Source: Candidatus Saccharimonadota bacterium (lineage in GTDB: Bacteria; Pseudomonadota; Gammaproteobacteria; Enterobacterales; Enterobacteriaceae). Taken from it: DNA of 32,000 nucleotides. The stretch covers positions 570,001-602,000 of the forward strand of contig NZ_CP046533.1 of NCBI RefSeq assembly GCF_014857065.1, in the 5' to 3' direction. Below are positions 1 to 8,263 of the stretch, in pieces (the stretch's first letter is position 1; the number at the start of each line of letters is the position of its first letter). The notes under the pieces are model-generated. The model made no database searches. It was not told where the DNA came from and worked only from the letters and a program-made list of their open reading frames with translations. The translations under genes and the position numbers were made by a program.

Positions 1-543
1 ATTAAGTGTCTATTTTGTGTATGTTGATATACTTGTGTTTGTTTTATATAAAGTAATATGTTAAATTGACGAAAGTTTTTGATTTTCTTTTGTTTTGCGT
101 TAAATAATTCAATTATTATCCAATAATAATCATAGGATTTTTACTTTGGGGATGATTTAATTAATAAGTAAATTTTAATTTTGATATTTAAATTTTTGGA
201 ATTGTTATGAGTTTTATTTGTTTATGTTGGTTTCAGTTTAAGAATGTTGAATACGTGAGATGTGGTTTTTGTACATATTTTATAAAATGTTTAGTATGAA
301 TTATAATATGTTTTAGTAAGATTATTGAATTATAGACTTTATTTTCATGGGTGTGTTGTTATTTTATTCATTTTGTAATTTGCAAATGCCATGATTTATG
401 TTTTAGAATGTTTTAAGTTATTTAAAATATTCAAAGCTGCTGATTATAGCAGAACGGTTTATTTTGTTCCAGTTCTAATTTGTTTTTATTTGTTTTTAAT
501 TTGCAATTTATTATGCTTAATAAAGTGGTTTTATAATTAAGAT

Positions 544-1059
544 ATGGTAGAGAAACGTAATATTTTCTTAATTGGTCCTATGGGTGCGGGGAAAAGTACT
601 ATTGGTCGTCAATTAGCACAATATTTAAATATGGAATTTTTTGATTCTGATCAAGAGATTGAGCGTCGTACAGGAGCCAATATAAGTTGGGTATTTGATG
701 TAGAGGGTGAAGATGGTTTTCGTTTTCGAGAAGAAAAGGTTATTAATGAATTGACTGATAAAAATGGAATTGTATTAGCTACTGGAGGAGGTTCGATTAA
801 ATCACGTGAAAATCGCAATCGGCTTTCTTCCAGAGGTTTTGTTATTTATTTAGAGACTACTATTGAGAAACAATTAGTTCGTACTCAGAGAGATAAAAAA
901 CGTCCTTTATTAAAAACTAATAATGCATCACAAAAAATATTAGAAGCTTTAGCTATTGAACGAGAGCCATTGTATCAAGAAATTGCAGATATTACTGTTC
1001 GTACGGACGAACAGAGTGTTAGAATGGTTATTAATAGAATTATTGGTATATTGCAGTGA
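544..1059 (+). CDS. aroK: shikimate kinase I
   Basis: 171-aa ORF. The N-terminus [26 protein letters not shown] (Walker [10 protein letters not shown]) and the rest of the protein are nearly colinear with E. coli AroK. It is followed by aroB, as in the E. coli aroKB operon. Confidence 0.95.
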   Translation: MVEKRNIFLIGPMGAGKSTIGRQLAQYLNMEFFDSDQEIERRTGANISWVFDVEGEDGFRFREEKVINELTDKNGIVLATGGGSIKSRENRNRLSSRGFVIYLETTIEKQLVRTQRDKKRPLLKTNNASQKILEALAIEREPLYQEIADITVRTDEQSVRMVINRIIGILQ

Positions 1060-1100
1060 TGTTGTTTCGTTTTTGAGATGTATTTTTTTTGGAATTTTTA

Positions 1101-2189
1101 ATGAAGAAACTTTTTTTAAAATTAGAAAAATGTGGTTATCCTATTTTTATCGGTGATGGGCTATTAAAGAGAATTGATAATTACGGTTTGTTAGAGTTAA
1201 ATAGGATTGCAGTTATAATAACAAATGATGTTATTGCACCTTTATATTTAGATCTAGTGTCTTCTAGATTAAGTCAAAATGGATTTATGTTTGATAAAGT
1301 AATTTTACCTAATGGAGAATCTCAGAAATCTTTGAGTGTAGTTGAACAAGTTATATCTTTATTGTTAAAACAAAATTATACGCGAGATATGGTTATTATT
1401 GCTCTTGGTGGGGGTGTTATTGGTGATTTAGCTGGTTTTGTTGCTTCTATTTATCAACGTGGTGTGTGTTTTGTGCAAATACCTACTACGTTATTAGCTC
1501 AAGTGGATGCTGCTATAGGAGGGAAAACTGCGGTCAATCATGTATTGGGTAAAAATATGATTGGTAGTTATCATCAACCTAGTTCGGTTATTATAGATTT
1601 GAATTGTTTAAGTACTTTATCACGTAGGGAATTTTGTTCTGGATTAGCAGAAGTTATTAAATATGCAGTGACTTTTGATTGTGATTTTTTTATTTGGTTA
1701 GAAAATCATTTGAATGATTTGTTATCTTTAAATTTACAATGTTTATCTTATTGTGTTTACCGTTGTTGTAGTTTGAAAATTAAGGTAGTTGAAAAAGATG
1801 AACGTGAATTTAATTTGCGGATGTTACTTAATCTTGGTCATACTTATGCTCATGCAATTGAAAGTTATTTTTGCTATAAAGGTAATTGGTTACATGGTGA
1901 AGCAGTTTCTGTGGGGATTATGATGGCTATGAGTTTTTCATTTTTTTTAGGTTGGTTTAGCAAATCAGATTTTGACCGTGTTCGAAAATTGTTAATACGC
2001 GCTAGTTTACCAATTTATGGTCCTTCAAAAATGCTTTTAGAAGATTATTTGCCATATATTATGCGTGATAAGAAAAATAAACTACATGGTTCGTGTTTAG
2101 TATTACCAGTTCAAATTGGTAAAGCGGTTGTTTATGATGATATTAGCGACGATCTTTTAAAACAATCTATTAGGAATTGCTTATTATAA
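1101..2189 (+). CDS. aroB: 3-dehydroquinate synthase
   Basis: The ORF track opens at TTG 1089. ATG 1101 (MKKLFLKLEKCGYPIFIG) aligns with the E. coli AroB N-terminus. Conserved motifs are present: GGGVIGDLAGF, GGKTAVNH, NLGHTYAHAIE, WLHGEAV. Confidence 0.93.
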   Translation: MKKLFLKLEKCGYPIFIGDGLLKRIDNYGLLELNRIAVIITNDVIAPLYLDLVSSRLSQNGFMFDKVILPNGESQKSLSVVEQVISLLLKQNYTRDMVIIALGGGVIGDLAGFVASIYQRGVCFVQIPTTLLAQVDAAIGGKTAVNHVLGKNMIGSYHQPSSVIIDLNCLSTLSRREFCSGLAEVIKYAVTFDCDFFIWLENHLNDLLSLNLQCLSYCVYRCCSLKIKVVEKDEREFNLRMLLNLGHTYAHAIESYFCYKGNWLHGEAVSVGIMMAMSFSFFLGWFSKSDFDRVRKLLIRASLPIYGPSKMLLEDYLPYIMRDKKNKLHGSCLVLPVQIGKAVVYDDISDDLLKQSIRNCLL

Positions 2190-2746
2190 TTGAAATAACC
2201 AACAGTTCTTAAGGAATGTGAATCATTGAAAATTTATAGCAATATAAATTATAAGTGTGTTTTTATAACTTATATTGATAAAATAGTATAGTTTTGTTGT
2301 TATTGTTTTTAATTTTATTTATTCATAATAGTTTTGTGTGCATACCTTTATTTAAATTTAACTTCTTTATTTAATTTGATATATAAAGTTATGTCTGTTT
2401 GTTAAATTTTAATTTTGTAGTATTATTTTTATTTAATATGAACTTGAATTATGTTATGGACTTGATATTTGATTTTTATAAAATTATTTGCTTTGTTTTA
2501 TTATTTTATAAGATATATTTAGTGAGAAATTATAGAGGCATGGCGATTTGAATGATGTCTTTAGGATTTTAAGTATATTTAATTATGACTATCGGTTGTT
2601 ATATTAAATATTTAGTGTAATTTATTATAATGTTAGATATTTATTCTAGTATACTCCATATTTAGTTTTTCAAAATAATATTTAAGGAGTGGCAGAGGAT
2701 AATTTTATGTTTATCAATATAGATTGGCAGAATTAGATTTGGAGAG

Positions 2747-3418
2747 ATGAAATTGAAAAATTTTTTAATTGTTCCATCAATTTTATCAGCTAATTTTGCT
2801 TGTTTAGGTGAAGATATTAGTAAAGTGATTTCGGCTGGTATTAAAATGATTCATTTTGATGTTATGGATAATCATTATGTTCCGAATTTAAGTGTAGGAC
2901 CATTAGTATTAAAGGCATTACGTGACTATGGTGTTACTATTTCTATTGATGTACATTTAATGGCTAGACCTGTAGATCGTTTGATTTTAGATTGTGTTTA
3001 TGCTGGAGCTAGTTCTATAAGTTTTCATCCTGAAAGCACAGATCATATTGACCGATCATTGGAGTTGATTAAGGAAAATGGCTGTAAAGCAGGTTTAGTA
3101 TTTAATCCTGGTACTGCATTAGGTTGTTTAGAATATATAATTAATAAGCTTGATTTTATTTTATTAATGTCTGTCAATCCTGGTTTTTCTGGACAATCTT
3201 TTATACCAATTGTTTTAAATAAAATATGTCAAGTGTCAAATTTGATTAAAAATAGTGGCTTTAATATCAGATTAGCAGTAGATGGAGGTATCAATATTAG
3301 GAATATTTCTGTAATTGCAGAGGCTGGAGCTGATACTTTCATTATTGGTTCAACAATTTTTACTGCATCTAATTATCGTCAAGTTATTAATGATTTGTAT
3401 TGTGAAATAAATAAATAA
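2747..3418 (+). CDS. rpe: ribulose-5-phosphate 3-epimerase
   Basis: 223-aa ORF with GGAG just upstream of the ATG. Motifs HFDVMDNHYVPNL, MSVNPGFSGQSF and VDGGI match E. coli Rpe along the full length. Confidence 0.95.
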   Translation: MKLKNFLIVPSILSANFACLGEDISKVISAGIKMIHFDVMDNHYVPNLSVGPLVLKALRDYGVTISIDVHLMARPVDRLILDCVYAGASSISFHPESTDHIDRSLELIKENGCKAGLVFNPGTALGCLEYIINKLDFILLMSVNPGFSGQSFIPIVLNKICQVSNLIKNSGFNIRLAVDGGINIRNISVIAEAGADTFIIGSTIFTASNYRQVINDLYCEINK

Positions 3419-3540
3419 TTATATCTAAATAAATAATATTATAATGGAAATTTTAAATCTTTGATTATTTTTTAAAATTTGTTTAGTTTATGTTTGTTAT
3501 AAGGTTGTTTTTATAAAAGAGATTTTAAGGTGGATTTAGT

Positions 3541-4569
3541 ATGACTAAACTTACCGCTTTTAGTGGTATTCAGCCGTCAGGAGATTTAACTCTTGGTAAT
3601 TATATCGGTGCGATACGTCAATGGGTTAAAATTCAGTATGATTATCGTTGTATATATTGTATAGTTGATTTACATGCTATCACTATGTGCCAAAATGCTA
3701 CTCAATTAGGTAAAAGATCATTGGATGTGTTAGCTTTGTTGTTATCATGCGGGTTAGATCCAGATAATGTTATTATATTTATTCAGTCTCATGTTCCACA
3801 ACATGTTCAGTTAAGTTGGTTATTAAGTTGTTATAGTTATTTTGGCGAACTTAGACGTATGACTCAGTTTAAAGATAAGTCAACTAACTTTTTAAATAAT
3901 TCAAACAATATTAATGTTGGTTTGTTTAATTACCCTATATTAATGGCTTCAGATATTCTTTTGTATCAAACTAGTTTAGTTCCTATTGGTGATGATCAAA
4001 AACAACATTTGGAATTAAGTCGTAGAATTGCTGATAGATTTAATTCATTGTATGGTAGGATATTTACTGTTCCAGATTTTTATGTTCCTAAATTTGGTTC
4101 TCGTATCATGTCTTTATTAGAACCTTGTAAGAAGATGTCTAAATCTGATTTTAATCAAAAAAATGTTATTTTTCTTTTAGAAGATATTGATTCTGTAGTA
4201 AATAAATTAAATTGTTCTATTACCGATTCTGATGATCCGCCAGTAATTTCGTATGATAAAATTAATAAACCAGGAATTTCCAATCTTTTAAGTATTTTAT
4301 CTGGACTTAGTGAGGTTGGTATTTATGATTTAGAATTGTCTTTTAAAGGTAAAAAATATATTCAATTAAAGAATAAAATTATAGAGTTAGTGACATATAA
4401 ATTGAAAAAATTACAGAAGCGTTATTTTCTTTTACGTAGAGAAGAAGATTATTTATATGAAATTTTGTCTCGAGGTGCTGAAAAGGCTCGTTCTGAAGCT
4501 GATGTTACTTTATCAAAGGTGTATGATGTTATTGGTTTATTAAAATCTAATACTGGATTTAAATATTAG
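3541..4569 (+). CDS. trpS: tryptophan--tRNA ligase
   Basis: 342-aa ORF with SD aaggtgg upstream. It carries the class I aaRS signatures (GIQPSGDLTLGNYIG; KKMSKS) and is colinear with E. coli TrpS. Confidence 0.95.
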   Translation: MTKLTAFSGIQPSGDLTLGNYIGAIRQWVKIQYDYRCIYCIVDLHAITMCQNATQLGKRSLDVLALLLSCGLDPDNVIIFIQSHVPQHVQLSWLLSCYSYFGELRRMTQFKDKSTNFLNNSNNINVGLFNYPILMASDILLYQTSLVPIGDDQKQHLELSRRIADRFNSLYGRIFTVPDFYVPKFGSRIMSLLEPCKKMSKSDFNQKNVIFLLEDIDSVVNKLNCSITDSDDPPVISYDKINKPGISNLLSILSGLSEVGIYDLELSFKGKKYIQLKNKIIELVTYKLKKLQKRYFLLRREEDYLYEILSRGAEKARSEADVTLSKVYDVIGLLKSNTGFKY

Positions 4570-4597
4570 AAGAATATGTAAAATATTAGTTTGTATG

Positions 4598-4619
4598 ATA
4601 GAATATGTTTTCTATTTTT
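4598..4619 (+). terminator. weak candidate intrinsic terminator after trpS
   Basis: atagaa (4598-4603) pairs with ttctat (4610-4615) across a 6-nt loop and is followed by TTTT (4616-4619). The stem is all A/T, so stability is low. Confidence 0.25.
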
Positions 4620-4727
4620 GACATTTTGTTTATTAGTATTTTGTATTTTTGTTTTATGTTGGGTGGGTTTTGTTTATTTCTTATTTAAATAAAGTTATTT
4701 GTTATGATAACGTAGATATTTGGTTAT

Positions 4728-5318
4728 TTGATTTTGGTTAAGGTATTACTAATCGATAATTATGATTCTTTTACTTGGAATATTTATCAATATTTTAGTA
4801 AAATTGGTGCAGAAGTAAAAGTGGTGCGTAATGATGTTTGTAGTTTATTAGATATTGAACAATTTTCCCCTCATAAGTTAGTTATTTCTCCTGGGCCTGG
4901 TACACCGGGAGATGCGGGTATCTCTTTATCTGTAATCTCTTATTTTGCTAATAAATTACCAATTCTTGGTATATGTCTTGGTCATCAAGTTATTGCACAA
5001 TTTTTTGGGGCGAAGATAGTTAGATCAAAACAAGCGATGCATGGAAAGCAATCTGTGATTTATCATGATTGTAAAGGAATATTTGCGAATTTATCTCAAT
5101 TTCTTAAAGTAGTTCGTTACAATTCTTTAGTGGTAGATATTTATAGTCTACCATCTTGTTTAGAGGTATCAGCGTGGAGTGTATTAAATGATGGTAAGTA
5201 TGATGAGATTATGGCAATTCGTCATCGTAACTTGAGGCTGGAAGGTATTCAGTTTCATCCTGAAAGTATATTAAGTGAGCAAGGATATGAAATGTTAGTT
5301 AATTTTATACATTGTTAG
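4728..5318 (+). CDS. pabA: aminodeoxychorismate/anthranilate synthase glutamine amidotransferase component
   Basis: 196-aa ORF. LLIDNYDSFTWNIYQYF, the catalytic GICLGHQ motif and the C-terminal FHPESILSEQG motif are nearly colinear with E. coli PabA. An in-frame TAG lies at 4713-4715 and there is no 5' ATG, so the start must be TTG 4728 or TTG 4734. Confidence 0.85.
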   Translation: MILVKVLLIDNYDSFTWNIYQYFSKIGAEVKVVRNDVCSLLDIEQFSPHKLVISPGPGTPGDAGISLSVISYFANKLPILGICLGHQVIAQFFGAKIVRSKQAMHGKQSVIYHDCKGIFANLSQFLKVVRYNSLVVDIYSLPSCLEVSAWSVLNDGKYDEIMAIRHRNLRLEGIQFHPESILSEQGYEMLVNFIHC

Positions 5319-6012
5319 TTTTAGATAATTTTAATTATTTTGACTTATTTATTATAAAATTTTGAATAAGCAAGTACAATGACTAAAGTTTAATCTTATA
5401 TTATATATGAATCATAGTTTAGTTTATATATAATTTGTATTTTGAATTTTTATTCTATATTTAGTTATTTTATGTATTATATATTTACAGATCTAATAAT
5501 AGATAATCAGATTAATAATATTATTTTAGAATTGTAATTAATGTTGTTTATTTGTGTTATTTGGATAGTTATGAAATCAATAGTCGTTAAGTTAATTCTG
5601 TTTATTGTTATATTATCTATTGTTTTAAGTGGGATGTTTAGAATTTGATGGTACAATTGTACTTTAAGTATACTTGTCATCATAATTTCAGTTTATTATT
5701 GCTAGTATTTATGTTTTATTTAGGATCTAAATTTTTAATTTATTTTTTGAGTGTTAGAAATTTTTATTTTTAAATCTTATAAAGAGGATATTTTTGTTTA
5801 TTTGTTTCTTTTGTTTATTTTAATTGTTTATCTATTATTTTGTGTTTTAAATAATACCTCATGTATTATTATTTGTAGTTGATGGAAATATCAAGTTGTT
5901 ATTGATATCAGATGTTGATTATTTTATTTTAAAATTTTTATTTATAGTATTAAATTTGTCTTTGTTTTGTTTGTATATTATATTAAATAATTATTAATGT
6001 TTGAGTTATCTT

Positions 6013-6408
6013 ATGGTTAGTTTAAGTTATGTATTGTTTGTGAATGTTTCTGCATATGGGAAACAGGTTGCTATTGTCTCTTTACAATTTGCGCGTGCAT
6101 TATTGAAATATAATCATCGGTTGGTTATGGTTTTTTTTTATCAAGATGGTGTTTCTAATGCTAATAGTTTAATTTTGAATGATGATGACGAGATTAATTT
6201 GGTGAATTTATGGCAGGATTTTTCCAATATTCATTCTGTTGAATTACATGTCTGTATTGCGGCTGCTTTACGTAGAGGTCTTGTAGACAGGGATCGTGTT
6301 ACTGCCTTTCACTTTTCTGATAGTAATTTACAGAAAGCATTTAAGTTAAGTAGTTTGGGTGCTTTAATACAAGCTATGGTGAATTGCGATAGATTTATTC
6401 AATTTTAG
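6013..6408 (+). CDS. tusD: tRNA 2-thiouridine synthesis sulfurtransferase subunit TusD
   Basis: The ORF opens at TTG 6001. ATG 6013 gives 131 aa, close to the 128 aa of E. coli TusD. The conserved CIAAALRRG motif and the C-terminal CDRFIQF match, and the tusDCB order is preserved. Confidence 0.88.
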   Translation: MVSLSYVLFVNVSAYGKQVAIVSLQFARALLKYNHRLVMVFFYQDGVSNANSLILNDDDEINLVNLWQDFSNIHSVELHVCIAAALRRGLVDRDRVTAFHFSDSNLQKAFKLSSLGALIQAMVNCDRFIQF

Positions 6409-6417
6409 TTATAATAT

Positions 6418-6786
6418 ATGAAAAAACGTATTGCTTTTGTTTTTACTCAAACTCCTTATGGAAGCTCTTCTGTAAGAGAAGGTTTAGATGTTTTATTATC
6501 TTTATTTGCTTTCGAAATAAAGATAGGTGTATTTTTTATTTCTGATGGTATTTTCATATTATTATCTAATCAAAAACCAGAATTAATTTTGGTAAAAAAT
6601 TTTATTGCAACTTTTGGTACATTGTTAATGTATGATGCATTAAATATTTATATGTGTTCTTATTCTGTGAAAGAACGTGGTTTTAAAAAAATAGATTTTT
6701 TATATTGGTTGGGTAAAATAGTATGGTTATCTCCTGTGAGATGGAGTGAAAAATTAATAAATTATGATAGTATATTAACTTTTTAA
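6418..6786 (+). CDS. tusC: tRNA 2-thiouridine synthesis subunit TusC
   Basis: 122-aa ORF. MKKRIAFVFTQTPYG...REGLD matches E. coli TusC (MKRIAFVFSTAPHG...REGLD). It starts 9 nt after the tusD stop. Confidence 0.88.
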   Translation: MKKRIAFVFTQTPYGSSSVREGLDVLLSLFAFEIKIGVFFISDGIFILLSNQKPELILVKNFIATFGTLLMYDALNIYMCSYSVKERGFKKIDFLYWLGKIVWLSPVRWSEKLINYDSILTF

Positions 6787-6795
6787 ATTGTTTAT

Positions 6796-7083
6796 ATGTT
6801 ATACACTTTAAGTAGTTCTCCGTATAAGAAGGATTTATTTTTACTGTCAAAAATAATTCGGCCTTTCGATGAGTTATTGTTATTGTCTGATGGTATTATA
6901 GCAGGATTGGTAGATTCTGTTGCCTTTGATGTTTTAAATAAAATAGAATCCAATATATATGGCTTAAAAGATGATATCTTGTCTCGTGGTTTACTATTTT
7001 ATTTTTCAAAAGAAATTATCATTATTGATTACCTTGGTTTTGTTCAATTAACTGAGCGACATTCTCAACAAATGGTTTGGTAA
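6796..7083 (+). CDS. tusB: tRNA 2-thiouridine synthesis subunit TusB
   Basis: 95-aa ORF, the same length as E. coli TusB. MLYTL...DELLLLSDG...IIIDY...HSQQMVW parallels MLHTL...DELLLLQDG...ILIDY...HPSQMAW. Confidence 0.88.
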   Translation: MLYTLSSSPYKKDLFLLSKIIRPFDELLLLSDGIIAGLVDSVAFDVLNKIESNIYGLKDDILSRGLLFYFSKEIIIIDYLGFVQLTERHSQQMVW

Positions 7084-7109
7084 TATTATATATAATTTTT
7101 GTATCTATC

Positions 7110-7138
7110 TTGACTTTTGGTTTAAATAAAGGTAGTAT
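7110..7138 (+). promoter_or_regulatory. candidate sigma70 promoter of the str (rpsL) operon
   Basis: TTGACT (7110-7115), a 17-nt spacer, then TAGTAT (7133-7138), about 70 nt upstream of the rpsL ATG. This rests on hexamer matches only. Confidence 0.45.
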
Positions 7139-7202
7139 TCCATATTTAAAATGTGGTATGGGTTATTCATTTTTTATGTTGCTTAGCCATTTAGGAGCTT
7201 AG

Positions 7203-7580
<378 letters not shown>

Positions 7581-7665
7581 TTAGCAAATATTTTATGTAT
7601 TGTTTAAAAAATTTCGAATTTTGTGCTGTGTTATTTTGATTTCCTGAAAATGGAGTTTTTTTGTT

Positions 7666-8142
7666 ATGCCTCGTCGTCATGTTATTGATCAACGTAAAGT
7701 GTTACCTGATTTAAAGTTTGGGTCAAAGCTTTTAGCTAAGTTTATTAATATAGTTATGGTGCATGGCAAGAAGTCTGTTGCAGAAAAGATTGTTTATCAG
7801 GCTCTCGATATTCTTTTAAAGCGATCATCTAAGGTTCAGGTACACTTGGAAGCTTTCGATCTAGCCATTGATAATGTGCGACCAATAGTAGAGGTTAAAT
7901 CAAGAAGAGTTGGCGGATCTACTTATCAGGTTCCTGTTGAAGTGCGTCCTATGAGACGTGATACTTTAGCTATGCGTTGGATCGTAGCTGCCGCTAGAAA
8001 AAGAATAGATAGGTCTATGGTTTTGCGTTTGGCTAATGAATTATGTGATGCTGTAGAAAATAAAGGTAATGCTGTTAAGAAGCGAGAAGAAATACATCGT
8101 ATAGCAGAAGCTAATAAAGCTTTTGCTCATTACCGTTGGTAA
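7666..8142 (+). CDS. rpsG: 30S ribosomal protein S7
   Basis: 158-aa ORF with SD ggag upstream. MPRRHVI...[21 protein letters not shown]...AFAHYRW matches S7 (short form, without the K-12 C-terminal extension). Confidence 0.97.
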   Translation: MPRRHVIDQRKVLPDLKFGSKLLAKFINIVMVHGKKSVAEKIVYQALDILLKRSSKVQVHLEAFDLAIDNVRPIVEVKSRRVGGSTYQVPVEVRPMRRDTLAMRWIVAAARKRIDRSMVLRLANELCDAVENKGNAVKKREEIHRIAEANKAFAHYRW

Positions 8143-8263
8143 TGATACATCATGAGTTATAAATCTTAACTAATAATTTTTATCTCTTGAATATTCATAT
8201 GTATAATTTATGTATCAGTATTCAAGCAAATGTGGGTCTTTGTAAGTTTATGGAGAAGGATAG

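Noticed and set aside
478-506. Short tandem T-rich motif (tttgttttta repeated twice), and similar tgtttat repeats at about 5795-5840
   Set aside because: These are low-complexity sequence typical of T/G-skewed spacers, with only two or three imperfect copies. They are neither a CRISPR array nor a structured repeat.
956-1156. 66-aa ORF overlapping the aroK 3' end and the aroB 5' end
   Set aside because: It is out of frame with two well-conserved genes. Its composition is low-complexity and hydrophobic, as expected from T-rich DNA, and it has no recognisable motif.
5651-5674. Adjacent perfect palindromes GTACAATTGTAC (5651-5662) and AAGTATACTT (5665-5674), just after the mini-ORF
   Set aside because: At this base composition the per-position chance of a 12-bp palindrome is about 5e-4, so more than ten are expected in 32 kb. 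There is no repeat of the motif elsewhere and no adjacent regulator gene.
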